DNA of 64,000 bases from an uncultured archaeon (GTDB taxonomy: Archaea > Aenigmatarchaeota > Aenigmatarchaeia > Aenigmatarchaeales > JAHLMS01). Positions 8,617-18,438 of this stretch are shown in pieces. The DNA is taken from the NCBI GenBank assembly GCA_964353775.1, contig CAYGWB010000002.1, forward strand, positions 5,185 to 69,184, given 5' to 3'. The notes beneath the pieces were generated by a model. The model was not told the origin of the DNA. It ran no database searches and saw nothing but the letters and a program-made list of their open reading frames with translations. A program made the position numbers and the translations under genes. How positions within the stretch are numbered: the stretch's first letter is position 1; every line of letters starts with the position of its first letter.

Positions 8617-9948
8617 ATGCCATATGTTCTCACTAACGAAGGCAAGGAATGGCTGGCCAAGGGCCTGCCCGAGAGAAAGCTACTGGATTTCCTAAAAGAC
8701 GGCAGACGGACAATGGCCGAGGTAGCATTACTACCGTCTTCAGCTATTGCGATCGGATGGTCACGCAAGAACGGCTGGATAGCTATCGAGGAGAACCTTT
8801 TTGTCGAGCTGACTCAGGAAGGCAAGATAGTGTCAGCGACCAAGATGCCGCTTGAGCTCGCATTAGATAGCATCCGGAACACCGGGAATGCCAGCCAGGA
8901 AAGCATCCAAACGCTTCTTAATCGAGGCCTTATCCGGCCAGGATCCGGTGGACATGTAGGAATAGTTGAAAAGGTCCTTCACAAAAAACTCGAACTGCCT
9001 GTTCACATGCCGCACATGCCTGTGCACAAACCGGTGCAGACCGATATCGCCCAGATAACGCCCGACATGCTGAAGACCGGGCGATGGAAACAGATGCAGT
9101 TCAAGAAATACGATGTCGGCGCACCGGCTCCACAGCTGTGGACCGGCAAAAGGCACATGGTCATGCAGTTCCTGGAATACGTGAGGCGCATCTGGCTCGA
9201 GATGGGATTCAAGGAGATGTCCGGCGGGCTGACTGAAGGCGCATTCTGGAACTTCGATGCGCTCTACCAGCCGCAGGACCACCCGGCAAGGGACATGGCA
9301 GACACGTTCTATCTGAACCCGCCCGACAATTGTAGACTGCCGAACAAGGACCTGATCGAACGCGTCAGGCAGACACACGAGAACGGCTGGACGACCGGAA
9401 GCAAGGGATGGAAATACGGATGGTCGCAGGAGTTCGCATCAAAGGCATGTTTACGGACGCACACCACTGCGCTCAGCGCGCGCACGCTCGCAACGCTGAA
9501 AAAGCCCGACCTGCCCGCGAAATATTTCGCGATCGGCAGATGCTTCCGCAACGAGACGCTGGACTGGAAACATCTGTGCGAGTTCTACCAGGTCGAGGGA
9601 ATTGTAGTGGACGAGAACGTGACGTTCCGACATCTGCTCGGTTATCTTAAAAGGTTCTATACCATGCTCGGCTTTTCAAATGTCAGGTTCAGGCCGGCCT
9701 ACTTCCCGTACACGGAGATGTCGACCGAGATAGAGGTCTGGGATAAAGACAGAAAGGTGTGGCTGGAACTTGGTGGGGCCGGCATGTTCAGACCGGAGGT
9801 CGTCAAGCCGCTGATGAACATTGATATACCTGTGCTTGCTTGGGGACCTGGTGTAGAAAGAGTCGTATTCAACGCTTACAATCTGACAGACATCCGACAG
9901 CTCTACAACAACGACCTGTCGCTGCTGCGTGGAGCAAAGATGTGGTAA
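8617..9948 (+). CDS. pheS: phenylalanyl-tRNA synthetase alpha subunit
   Basis: Class II core with archaeal PheS motifs (FRNETLDWKHLCEFYQVEG, GPGVERV). Confidence 0.85.
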   Translation: MPYVLTNEGKEWLAKGLPERKLLDFLKDGRRTMAEVALLPSSAIAIGWSRKNGWIAIEENLFVELTQEGKIVSATKMPLELALDSIRNTGNASQESIQTLLNRGLIRPGSGGHVGIVEKVLHKKLELPVHMPHMPVHKPVQTDIAQITPDMLKTGRWKQMQFKKYDVGAPAPQLWTGKRHMVMQFLEYVRRIWLEMGFKEMSGGLTEGAFWNFDALYQPQDHPARDMADTFYLNPPDNCRLPNKDLIERVRQTHENGWTTGSKGWKYGWSQEFASKACLRTHTTALSARTLATLKKPDLPAKYFAIGRCFRNETLDWKHLCEFYQVEGIVVDENVTFRHLLGYLKRFYTMLGFSNVRFRPAYFPYTEMSTEIEVWDKDRKVWLELGGAGMFRPEVVKPLMNIDIPVLAWGPGVERVVFNAYNLTDIRQLYNNDLSLLRGAKMW

Positions 9949-9950
9949 TT

Positions 9951-11606
9951 ATGTCAACAATGATTTTCAACAGGAAGGACTTCTGCAAGCTGGTCGGAAA
10001 GGATTTCTCGACTGATGAGCTGGCCGAAAAGCTTCCGATGCTCGGCCTCGGTTGGGAGAAGGTCGACGGCGAAGAGATAGAGGTGGAAATATTCCCGAAC
10101 AGGCCTGATATGCTGAGCGTGGAAGGCCTGGCCCGTGCGTTCTCAGCGTTCGCAGGCGTGAAAACAGGCCTGCCGAAGTATTCGGCAATCGATTCAGGAT
10201 GCAAGGTGCATGTAGACAAGGAAGTAACCAAAATCAGGCCGTACATAGCTACCGTCATTGTCAAGGGAATAAACATGGACGACGCGACGACCAAGAGCAT
10301 GCTTCAGCTGCAGGAGAAGCTGCACATAAGCCACTGCAGGCGACGAGCAAAGGCGTCGATAGGTTTCTACGACCTGGACAAGATAACGTTCCCCGTCAGG
10401 TATACGACGGCCTCGCCTGACATAAAGTTCAGCCCGCTCGGCTGGGACGTGCCCCATACACTAAAGGACATACTTGAGAAGCACCCGCGTGGCGTCGAAT
10501 ACGGATGGACGCTCAACGGATGCAACTGCTATCCGATACTTGCGGACGACAAACACGTGATACTGTCGATGCCCCCGATAATAAACAACAGAGATGTCGC
10601 GCTGACAATCGAGACGAAGAACCTGTTCATCGACGTCACGGGCACGGACCACAGGACGGTCAAGGAGGTCCTGAACATAATAGTTGCAGCATTGGCCGAC
10701 CGAGGCGGCAAGATATACTCCGTCAACATCGAATATTCAAATTTGAGCGAAACGACGCCCGATATGACTCCGTCCAAGATGAAGCTCGAACTGGACTATG
10801 TGAACAAGCTGCTCGGATTAAAACTGACGCTCCAAGAGGCCATGGGTCTGCTGAAGCACATGAATTTTGACGCGAAATCCGCCGGCAAGGAGGCCGCGAT
10901 CGAGGCGACCGTCCCGACATATAGAACGGATGTGATGCATCCAATCGATCTTGTGGAGGATGTTGCGATCGCATATGGCTACCAGAATTTCGTTCCTGAG
11001 CTGCCGAAGCTGTCAACGATCGGCGAGGAAGCGCCAATCGAGGTGTTCAGCAGAAAATTGATGTTGATAATGACCGGTCTCGGTTTCCAGGAAGCGCTGA
11101 CATACGTACTCAGCAACAACACGAAAATGTTCAAGAACATGAACCTCCCGGAACAGACCGCGGCGAAGACACTGAACCCTCGAACAGCGGAGTTCACTTC
11201 TGTCCGCACATGGCTGCTGCCCTCCATCATGGAGGCGCTGGCCGCCAACCAGCACAACCTGTTCCCGCAGAAGCTTGTCGAGGTCGGAGACTGTGTGGTG
11301 CTGGACAGTACGAGCGAGACCGGAACAAGAAACGTGCGCAAGCTCGCTGGAGCAATCTGCTATGATGTCGCTAACCTGACCGAATGCAAGTCCGTGGTCG
11401 AATCCGTACTCAAGAACCTCGGTCTGAAATATGAAATAAAACCTGCTGATCATCTGAGCTTCATACCCAGCAGGCTCGGTGAAATATTCGTTGGCGGAAA
11501 GAAAATAGGATTCTTCGGAGAAATTCATCCGTCTGTTCTGTCCAACTGGAAACTTGAGAAACCGGTGATTGCATTCGAGCTGGATGTCGAATCTCTCAAG
11601 GCATGA
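9951..11606 (+). CDS. pheT: phenylalanyl-tRNA synthetase beta subunit
   Basis: ATG 3 nt after pheS stop (MSTMIFNRKDF...); B3/B4 and B5 domain architecture of archaeal PheT. Confidence 0.8.
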   Translation: MSTMIFNRKDFCKLVGKDFSTDELAEKLPMLGLGWEKVDGEEIEVEIFPNRPDMLSVEGLARAFSAFAGVKTGLPKYSAIDSGCKVHVDKEVTKIRPYIATVIVKGINMDDATTKSMLQLQEKLHISHCRRRAKASIGFYDLDKITFPVRYTTASPDIKFSPLGWDVPHTLKDILEKHPRGVEYGWTLNGCNCYPILADDKHVILSMPPIINNRDVALTIETKNLFIDVTGTDHRTVKEVLNIIVAALADRGGKIYSVNIEYSNLSETTPDMTPSKMKLELDYVNKLLGLKLTLQEAMGLLKHMNFDAKSAGKEAAIEATVPTYRTDVMHPIDLVEDVAIAYGYQNFVPELPKLSTIGEEAPIEVFSRKLMLIMTGLGFQEALTYVLSNNTKMFKNMNLPEQTAAKTLNPRTAEFTSVRTWLLPSIMEALAANQHNLFPQKLVEVGDCVVLDSTSETGTRNVRKLAGAICYDVANLTECKSVVESVLKNLGLKYEIKPADHLSFIPSRLGEIFVGGKKIGFFGEIHPSVLSNWKLEKPVIAFELDVESLKA

Positions 11607-12044
11607 TTACCAGCCGTGCTCGCTGTAGAAAATCTCTTTCAGAATCATCTCGATGGCCTGCCTGATATAAGGAACCGTGTTTGCAGGCAGCTTGTCGAGC
11701 TCGAACCATCCCATGTCATCACACCTGTCCGGCTCCATTATCTTAGGTTCGTTGCGCCACTTACTCGCTCGTATGAACACGTCCACCCTCTCGTCGCGGG
11801 GCGTCTTCCTGTGCATCACATGGACGACCTTCAGGTCCTCCGATCGCACAACGATACCCGCCTCCTCTTTCGCCTCCCTGATCAGCGCCTGTATGAACGT
11901 TTCGTTCCCGTCAAGATGGCCTGCCACAAAACTGTAATTGCCGTCCTCGTAGCCGGTGTTGATCCGCCTGCTAAGAAGTATCTTGCCGTGCTCTATCAGA
12001 ATCAGATAAGATGCCGGAACGGCCTTGAACCTTTCTTTTGGCAT
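11607..12044 (-). CDS. NUDIX hydrolase
   Basis: Nudix box GHLDGNETFIQALIREAKEEAGI. Confidence 0.8.
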   Translation of the reverse strand: MPKERFKAVPASYLILIEHGKILLSRRINTGYEDGNYSFVAGHLDGNETFIQALIREAKEEAGIVVRSEDLKVVHVMHRKTPRDERVDVFIRASKWRNEPKIMEPDRCDDMGWFELDKLPANTVPYIRQAIEMILKEIFYSEHGW

Positions 12045-12047
12045 GGT

Positions 12048-12818
12048 TCAACCCGCTAGGTAAGCAATCATCCTGTCGAACCAGTTCTTTTTCTTGACAG
12101 GGTCCGTCCAGGTATCGCCAGAAATGGAAGCCGCCAGCCGCTTGAACTCCCTGGCCGCCGGGCTCCTCGGGTTGTAGTGGACAACAGGCGTCTTTTCGGC
12201 TATGGAACGCGGGACTGAGATGTCCTCAGGCACGATCCCTATCACGGGCACCTCGAGCATATCTCGGATGTCCGCGACTGTCATCTCGTGGCTGCGACCA
12301 CGCACGCGGTTGACGACGACGCCGACTATCTTTGTGCCTATTTCCTTCCCTATCTTGATAGCCTTCAACGCGTCCGTCAGAGAAGGCATGTCCGGATTTG
12401 TGACAATGATCATCTCGTCTGCGACCTCCATTATCGCGGTCGCCTCCTTTCCCAGGCCGGCCGCACCGTCTATCAGGATTATTTCTGCTGTGCCCAGCAG
12501 GTTCATAAGGGCGCCGGCGAGCTTGTTGATGTTCATCCCCTTTAGGGCTCCGACCGAGAGCGATGCTGGTATTATCCTCAGACCGGATTTGTGCGTGTAG
12601 ATTGCGTGGCGGATGTGGGCCTTTCCTGACAAGGCATCATGCAGTGTTATCGGCGCCAGCGGAATGCCCAAGTGGAGTGACAGATTAGGTGTGGTGACGT
12701 TCCCGTCCATGACTATGACGGATTTGCCTCTCTCGGCAAGAGCCGCACCGAGGTTAGAAGTCGTTGTTGTTTTGCCCACGCCACCCTTCGCGGACAGAAC
12801 AGCTATTATACGCGTCAC
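12048..12818 (-). CDS. MinD/ParA-family P-loop ATPase
   Basis: Deviant Walker A KGGVGKTT, MinD-like length and motifs. Confidence 0.8.
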   Translation of the reverse strand: MTRIIAVLSAKGGVGKTTTTSNLGAALAERGKSVIVMDGNVTTPNLSLHLGIPLAPITLHDALSGKAHIRHAIYTHKSGLRIIPASLSVGALKGMNINKLAGALMNLLGTAEIILIDGAAGLGKEATAIMEVADEMIIVTNPDMPSLTDALKAIKIGKEIGTKIVGVVVNRVRGRSHEMTVADIRDMLEVPVIGIVPEDISVPRSIAEKTPVVHYNPRSPAAREFKRLAASISGDTWTDPVKKKNWFDRMIAYLAG

Positions 12819-12872
12819 AGGACCACGAGAATAGTTGTTAAAGCAAGAATAAAAAGGTTATTTCTTGTCTGA

Positions 12873-13103
12873 CTATTTAAGTGGTCCGAATTTTTTTTCG
12901 TATTCGTCGGCAATTTTTTTGTATGATTCGACAAGTTTCAGGCCGACTTCCAGACGTCCTAACTGCAAGTCTTCTCTCATTCGTCTTATGGCGTAATGGA
13001 CCAAATCGCTCCTATTAGTATAATTTCCTTTCTCTACTTCGTCGTTCATCCATTGCCAGTCATTCCGATTTACTGTTATTGTGACTTTCTTGCTGTTGCC
13101 CAT
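12873..13103 (-). CDS. ribbon-helix-helix (CopG/Arc-like) small DNA-binding protein
   Basis: Internal Met start (MGNSKKVTITVNRNDW...); beta-strand then two helices, typical RHH; immediately upstream of MinD-like ATPase. Confidence 0.5.
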   Translation of the reverse strand: MGNSKKVTITVNRNDWQWMNDEVEKGNYTNRSDLVHYAIRRMREDLQLGRLEVGLKLVESYKKIADEYEKKFGPLK

Positions 13104-13138
13104 GAAAGAAACTACGAAAATAAACTTTATAAACACAA

Positions 13139-13267
13139 TGGTGCCCCGGATGGGATTTGGACCCACGACCTCTTGCTGTCTTCATCCTTCAGTCAGATCT
13201 TCTAAGTTGGACTTAGAAGGTTCGCCGGTATCCCTCAAGCGCTCTATCCAACCTGAGCTACCGGGGC
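13139..13267 (-). tRNA. intron-containing tRNA gene (129 nt incl. CCA); anticodon not assignable with a single canonical intron; tentative tRNA-Arg(UCU) under a two-intron model
   Basis: Minus strand reads GCCCCGG-TA-GCTC-AGGTTGGATA-GAGC-G ... AGGTC-GTGGG-TCCAAAT-CCCAT-CCGGGGC-A-CCA (canonical acceptor, D- and T-arms) with about 51 extra nt in the anticodon region, including a perfect 9-bp hairpin CTTCTAAGT-CCA-ACTTAGAAG. Confidence 0.7.
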
Positions 13268-13289
13268 AAACTAGATTTCGGCTGCGCAG

Positions 13290-13305
13290 CTTATAAATTT
13301 ATAAG
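13290..13305. promoter_or_regulatory. perfect 16-bp palindromic TATA-like element CTTATAAATTTATAAG between the divergent tRNA (5' end 13267) and leuS (ATG 13327)
   Basis: Sequence is its own reverse complement; about 22-37 nt from both transcription units. Confidence 0.5.
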
Positions 13306-13326
13306 AACAGGCGGGAAAGACTTGAC

Positions 13327-16071
13327 ATGTCAGAGTGGCAGAAGATTGAAAAGAAGTGGCAGGCCGAATGGGCAAAATCAAAGCTCTTCGAGGCCGAGCC
13401 TGACAAGAGAAAGAAGTATTACATGCTCTTCGCCTATCCGACCGTGAGCGGCACGCTGCACGTCGGGCATGCACGCAGCTATTCGATGCCAGATGTGATA
13501 GCCAGATACAAGCGTGCGCGAGGCTTCAACGTCTTCTTCCCGCTCGGTTTCCACGCGACAGGCGTGGACTGCGAACGGATACTTCAGAAGTCAAAGGACG
13601 CCGAGGCGATTGTAAAGTACGGCATAAACGCGAATGATGCTAAAAAGTTCAAGAACCCGCTGAATGTGGCGGAATACCTGCAAAAGGGAATAATGGATTC
13701 TTTCAGCCAGATGGGCCTTTCACTGGACAACAGGCCGGCCGTCAGCACCATCCACCCGCAGTACGGAAAGTTCATCCAGTGGCAGTTCAAGAAACTGAAG
13801 GAACTCGGCCTGCTCATACAGCGCGACTACCGTCTGGCATGGTGTCCGACAGAGAACCATCCGGTGAGTCTCGATCCGGCCGAAGCGGACATCCAGGAAT
13901 GGAAGGGCGCCCAGATCAAGGATTATATAATAATCAAGTTCGAGTTCGACGACATGGTGCTGCCTGCAGCGACAATGCGGCCGGAGACAATTTTTGGAGT
14001 GACGAACGTCTGGGTCAACCCGGAAGCCAAGTACGTAAAGGCGAAGGTGGACGGAGAGGCCTGGTTGATAGCAGAGCCTGCCGTGAAGAAGCTGCAGGAC
14101 CTGGACAAGAAAGTGGAAGTGATGGGAAAGTTCGACCCGAACAAACTGATAGGGCTGGAGGTAAAGAACCCGGCGACCGGCAAAACAATCCCTGTGCTGG
14201 AAGGCAGCTTCGTCGACCAGAACGAGGCGACCGGTGTCGTGATGTCCGTGCCAGCGCATGACCCGTTCGATTTCATCCACCTCAACATGATTGCGCCGGA
14301 CATAAAGCCGATACAGGTCGTGGAAGTCGCCGGACATGGCGGCATACCGGCTGGCGAGATGGTCGCAAAGAACAACATAACGGATCCGAACGATCCGAGA
14401 CTTGAGCTCATAGTCAAGGACCTCTACAAGATGGAGTTCGGCGGCAAGATGCATTCGATAGCCGGAAAGTTCGCAGGCATGCCCGTCCCTAAGGCGAAGA
14501 CGGCGATAACGCAGTGGCTTGCAAAGGACGGGAAGGCTGACATGATATACGAGCTGTCCGCGAAGCCTGTGCACTGCAGGTGCGGAGCTGAAATAATAAT
14601 CAAGAAGGTCCATGGTCAGTGGTTCATAGACTACGGCAATGAGGACTGGAAAAAGAAAACGAAAGGGCATATCGACAAAATGACCATCTATCCGCCGGAG
14701 TACAAGACCGAGCTGCCTGCGATAATAGACTGGCTCGAAGCCAGACCGTGCGTCAGACGACGCGGTCTTGGCACAGCGTTCCCGTTCGAACCTGGCTGGA
14801 TAATCGAGGCCATTTCCGACAGCACGATATACATGGCGTTCTACATCATCTCGAAATATTTCAACGCGGGCAAAATCAAGATAGACGAACTGACAGACTA
14901 TTTCTTCGACTATGTATTCTTGGGCAAAGGCAAGCCGAAGAAGAAGCTGTGGGAGAGCATCCGAAAAGATTTCCTCTACTGGTACCCGCTCGACCTGAAC
15001 GCCATAGGCAAGGAGCACAAGTCCGTACACTTGCCGTTCTTCATAATGAACCACGTCGCCGTCTTCCCGGAGAAGCAATGGCCGAACGGGATATTCGTCA
15101 ACTGGCACCTGGTCGCTTACGGAAAGAAACTGTCGAAGCACCTTGGCAACGTGATATTCTGGAACGACGCGATCAAAAAGTATGGCGCGGACTCGATACG
15201 GTTCTACCTGACTCACGGCTCGAACCAGTGGCATGACTTTGACTGGAAGAGCGAGGACTGCGAGAACTACGGACGTCAGCTGACAAACTTCTACCAGACA
15301 GTGCAAAGGCTGATAGAGAACAAGAAGACGGCCAGAGCGGTAAGACCGATAGACAGATGGCTGCGCTCTCGGCTGAACAGGCACATCAAAGACGTGACGG
15401 AAGCGCTGGACAAGGCCGAAATAAGAAAGGCCATCGACACGGCTTTCTTTAACATATCGTCCGATGTCGGCTGGTACCTGAAAAGGACTGACAGCCCGCG
15501 CATCGACTGGCTCGGCGACTGGCTGAAGCTGCTCGCTCCGTTCATCCCTCACACGACAGAGGAGCTGTGGCACCTGGCAGGAAACAAGAACTTCCTGATC
15601 AATTCGGGATGGCCCGAATATGACAGCAAGGCCGTGAACCTTTCGACCGAGGCCGGAGAGGACATGGTCCGCAGGCTGCAGGGCAATATAGACGAGATAA
15701 AGAAAATTTCAAAGATATCGAGGCCCGCAAAGATTTCAATCATCGTGAGCGCGCCATGGAAGTATGACGTCTACAAGATAGTCATGGACGGGAAGTCGCT
15801 GCGCGAGATAATGGAGGATAAGAAGCTGAAGCCGCTCGGAGCGGCGGTCGCGAACTACGTCCAAAGGCTGCAGAAGAAAAAGCCGCTGGACGAACTGTTC
15901 CTTGGAGCAGGCAGCGAACTGGCCGCGCTACGTGATACCAAAGAGTTCTATGAGAAGGCATTCGGCTGTCCTGTAGAAATCTGGGAATCAGAGAAGGCCG
16001 CGAGCATTTCCGAACTTGCGAACAAGGCCGCTGCTGCTGAACCTGGCAAACCTGGAATATTAATAATGTGA
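13327..16071 (+). CDS. leuS: leucyl-tRNA synthetase (archaeal type)
   Basis: HIGH-like TLHVGHARSY, KMSKS-like region, CP1 editing domain, 914 aa. Confidence 0.9.
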   Translation: MSEWQKIEKKWQAEWAKSKLFEAEPDKRKKYYMLFAYPTVSGTLHVGHARSYSMPDVIARYKRARGFNVFFPLGFHATGVDCERILQKSKDAEAIVKYGINANDAKKFKNPLNVAEYLQKGIMDSFSQMGLSLDNRPAVSTIHPQYGKFIQWQFKKLKELGLLIQRDYRLAWCPTENHPVSLDPAEADIQEWKGAQIKDYIIIKFEFDDMVLPAATMRPETIFGVTNVWVNPEAKYVKAKVDGEAWLIAEPAVKKLQDLDKKVEVMGKFDPNKLIGLEVKNPATGKTIPVLEGSFVDQNEATGVVMSVPAHDPFDFIHLNMIAPDIKPIQVVEVAGHGGIPAGEMVAKNNITDPNDPRLELIVKDLYKMEFGGKMHSIAGKFAGMPVPKAKTAITQWLAKDGKADMIYELSAKPVHCRCGAEIIIKKVHGQWFIDYGNEDWKKKTKGHIDKMTIYPPEYKTELPAIIDWLEARPCVRRRGLGTAFPFEPGWIIEAISDSTIYMAFYIISKYFNAGKIKIDELTDYFFDYVFLGKGKPKKKLWESIRKDFLYWYPLDLNAIGKEHKSVHLPFFIMNHVAVFPEKQWPNGIFVNWHLVAYGKKLSKHLGNVIFWNDAIKKYGADSIRFYLTHGSNQWHDFDWKSEDCENYGRQLTNFYQTVQRLIENKKTARAVRPIDRWLRSRLNRHIKDVTEALDKAEIRKAIDTAFFNISSDVGWYLKRTDSPRIDWLGDWLKLLAPFIPHTTEELWHLAGNKNFLINSGWPEYDSKAVNLSTEAGEDMVRRLQGNIDEIKKISKISRPAKISIIVSAPWKYDVYKIVMDGKSLREIMEDKKLKPLGAAVANYVQRLQKKKPLDELFLGAGSELAALRDTKEFYEKAFGCPVEIWESEKAASISELANKAAAAEPGKPGILIM

Positions 16072-16075
16072 TGTT

Positions 16076-16711
16076 ATGGGTCAGATACTAGTATTCGGAG
16101 ACAGCATAGCATGGGGCGCCTGGGACACCAAAGGTGGCTGGGTACGGAGATTGCGCGAGCACATCGATAAAAAAAATTTGATTTTACCGAATTATTGGCG
16201 TGTCGTATACAATCTTGGCGTGTCAGGTGACACGACGATAGATATACTGAGACGATTTGAGTTCGAAACCAAACAAAGGATTATTGATGCGGGAAGACCG
16301 GCAATCATTTTTGAGATCGGAGCAAACGACTGTGCGTTCGCTATGAACAAGAACGGTCTCCTGGTCCGACCAGACGTCTTCAGAAGAAATGTAGAAAAAC
16401 TGATAAGACTTGCAAGAAAATATTCCTCAGAAATAATCGTTATCGGCCCCTTTCCGGTAAATGACGCCGAAACAAATCCGATATCTTGGAATAAAAACTT
16501 CTACCACAGAAATGAGAATAAAATTACCTATAACGAAATACTGAAAGCCGTGTGTAAAAAGAGCAGGGTTCGCTTCATCGACGTGCTTGGAAAGGCAATG
16601 AGATGTGATTACAAAAGTATGCTGTATGACGGGTTGCATCCGAATTCACGAGGACATGAGAAGATTTTCGAAATCGTTAAGAATTTTCTTACAAAAAATA
16701 AAATGATATGA
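16076..16711 (+). CDS. SGNH/GDSL-family hydrolase
   Basis: N-terminal GDSIAWG block, catalytic DGLHP near C-terminus. Confidence 0.7.
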   Translation: MGQILVFGDSIAWGAWDTKGGWVRRLREHIDKKNLILPNYWRVVYNLGVSGDTTIDILRRFEFETKQRIIDAGRPAIIFEIGANDCAFAMNKNGLLVRPDVFRRNVEKLIRLARKYSSEIIVIGPFPVNDAETNPISWNKNFYHRNENKITYNEILKAVCKKSRVRFIDVLGKAMRCDYKSMLYDGLHPNSRGHEKIFEIVKNFLTKNKMI

Positions 16712-16715
16712 GTTA

Positions 16716-17183
16716 TTATTTCCATTTGCAGCCTACTTTGTCATCGATTGCCATTTGTTCGGCTGAAGCAATACGACCGGCATATTTCCCACCGTCGCCC
16801 TGCCTAGCGACCGCCAAGCCCTCACTGACCAGCTGCTCGTTTATCAGCGTGTCGTCGAGCCAAATCCAGCGCAAGTAACGCTTGTACTTGTCCTTGTCTA
16901 GGCTGTCCGACTCGAGACGGACCTGCTTGTTCAGTATCAGTTCTTCCAACCGTGCGAGCGCCGGCTGATAACAGGGGTGGCCGCGCTCGTCCGCGTCAAT
17001 TCCCAACAGTCGGACGCTGCTTCCGCCTTCGATAATTACGGTGTCGCCGTCCACAATCTTTGTCACAATAACATTGTCGTCGCTTGTCGCAGCCAGCAGC
17101 GGGTGCACGAACTGGGCAAGCAACCAGAAGACCGCGATCGCAACCGCGGCCAAAATGGCCGCCTTGATCCTTTTCGACAACAT
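16716..17183 (-). CDS. membrane-anchored thermonuclease (SNase-like) family protein
   Basis: N-terminal TM helix; VDGDTV ... RLLGIDA motifs of staphylococcal-nuclease fold. Confidence 0.6.
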   Translation of the reverse strand: MLSKRIKAAILAAVAIAVFWLLAQFVHPLLAATSDDNVIVTKIVDGDTVIIEGGSSVRLLGIDADERGHPCYQPALARLEELILNKQVRLESDSLDKDKYKRYLRWIWLDDTLINEQLVSEGLAVARQGDGGKYAGRIASAEQMAIDDKVGCKWK

Positions 17184-17226
17184 TACGAAAAAATCGCAAC
17201 AGCACGGCTTATAGTCGCTTTACCAC

Positions 17227-17649
17227 TCAAGGTGGTGAAAACGGATCGAAACCGTTCTTCAACAGGTTCTGTACCGGCAAGAACAACGGCTGCGGCAGCT
17301 TGTCCCACTCGAACCAGCCCCACTCCTCGCACTTGTCAGGCTCCATCACCTTCGGTTCGCCGCTGTGATAATCGGATATCATTATCAAAGTGACATAATG
17401 CTTGTTCTCTCTGCTGTACATGTCATTGGTGAAAGTTCCAATCCTGATGTTCTTGATTTGGATGCCGGCCTCTTCCATTGTCTCGCGTACTGCACATTCT
17501 TCCGGAGTCTCATTGAACTCCAGATGTCCGCCAGGAAAGCACCAGTCGCCTTGACCGTGGCCGGTGTTCTTTCTCTTGCCGAGGAGCACCTTGCCGTCCT
17601 TGATTATGATCACTCCGACCCCGACCTTCGGCCTGAGTTCCGTGTTCAT
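17227..17649 (-). CDS. NUDIX hydrolase (paralog of 11607-12044)
   Basis: Nudix box GGHLEFNETPEECAVRETMEEAGI; shared C-terminal MEPD.C...GWFE.DKLP block with the other Nudix. Confidence 0.8.
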   Translation of the reverse strand: MNTELRPKVGVGVIIIKDGKVLLGKRKNTGHGQGDWCFPGGHLEFNETPEECAVRETMEEAGIQIKNIRIGTFTNDMYSRENKHYVTLIMISDYHSGEPKVMEPDKCEEWGWFEWDKLPQPLFLPVQNLLKNGFDPFSPP

Positions 17650-18395
17650 AGCGCTTCAGCCCTAACCCATGCGCGTTCGAACTGCGCCTTCTGGTCCGTC
17701 GTGCTGTTCAGCCAGAACGAACCGGAACCGGAACCGTCCACGGTCAGACCGTGCGTGCCGTCGACAAGTATCAGACCTGGCCAATATCGTCCGAGCTTTA
17801 TTTCCAGTCCGGCCTTGGAAAGCTTCTCCAGCTTTGTCGGATCGATCTCGCTGGCGACTATGCGCACGCGCACGTTGCGCTCAAGCGCGCGACGCACCGA
17901 ATCCAACAGAACAAAATCATCGAAGAAGCGTTCTATCGCGACGAGCAGCTCCTCCTTCGCGATGTCCATCAGGAAGGCGGCGCGGTCGACAAAACCTTCC
18001 GTGTAATGCTCGTTGACGCGCTCGCCGAACCATATGTCGCCAATCGGCAGCATCCGCTCGTAGGCTGTTCCTAGCTTCGCGAACAGCTCCTTCTTCCGCA
18101 GATAATCGCGACCTAAGTAGCTGAACACCCTTGGAAATGGGTTGGCAGAACGTGACAACCAGAACATCTTCTGCTTCTCTTTGCTGCTTTCCACAACGCC
18201 CTTCGTCTGCAGCGCGTACAGATACTTGTATGCGTTCGTCACGGAGATGCCGGCCTCCTTTGCTATGGCGGACGCGTCAGCCTTGGACTTCTTTCGCTGA
18301 GCAAGAATAAGGAGCGAACGTATGACTTTGACCTCAAGGTCATCGAAGGCCTCTGTCTCAAGCATCATTTTGCAGAATTCGTCAAGGCTAAGCAT
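17646..18395 (-). CDS. TrmB-like transcriptional regulator (wHTH + C-terminal domain)
   Basis: Start taken at internal MLSLDEF... (ORF-track N-terminus overlaps upstream gene and looks non-coding); wHTH region AIAKEAGISVTNAYKYLYALQTKGVV. Confidence 0.55.
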   Translation of the reverse strand: MLSLDEFCKMMLETEAFDDLEVKVIRSLLILAQRKKSKADASAIAKEAGISVTNAYKYLYALQTKGVVESSKEKQKMFWLSRSANPFPRVFSYLGRDYLRKKELFAKLGTAYERMLPIGDIWFGERVNEHYTEGFVDRAAFLMDIAKEELLVAIERFFDDFVLLDSVRRALERNVRVRIVASEIDPTKLEKLSKAGLEIKLGRYWPGLILVDGTHGLTVDGSGSGSFWLNSTTDQKAQFERAWVRAEAL

Positions 18396-18438
18396 GCGTA
18401 TTGGATGTAATCGTAAGTATAAATAATTATATTTTATC

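Noticed and set aside
13720-15573. 617-aa minus-strand ORF
   Set aside because: Entirely antisense to leuS; Arg/Val/Leu-rich low-complexity translation typical of shadow ORFs in GC-moderate genes.
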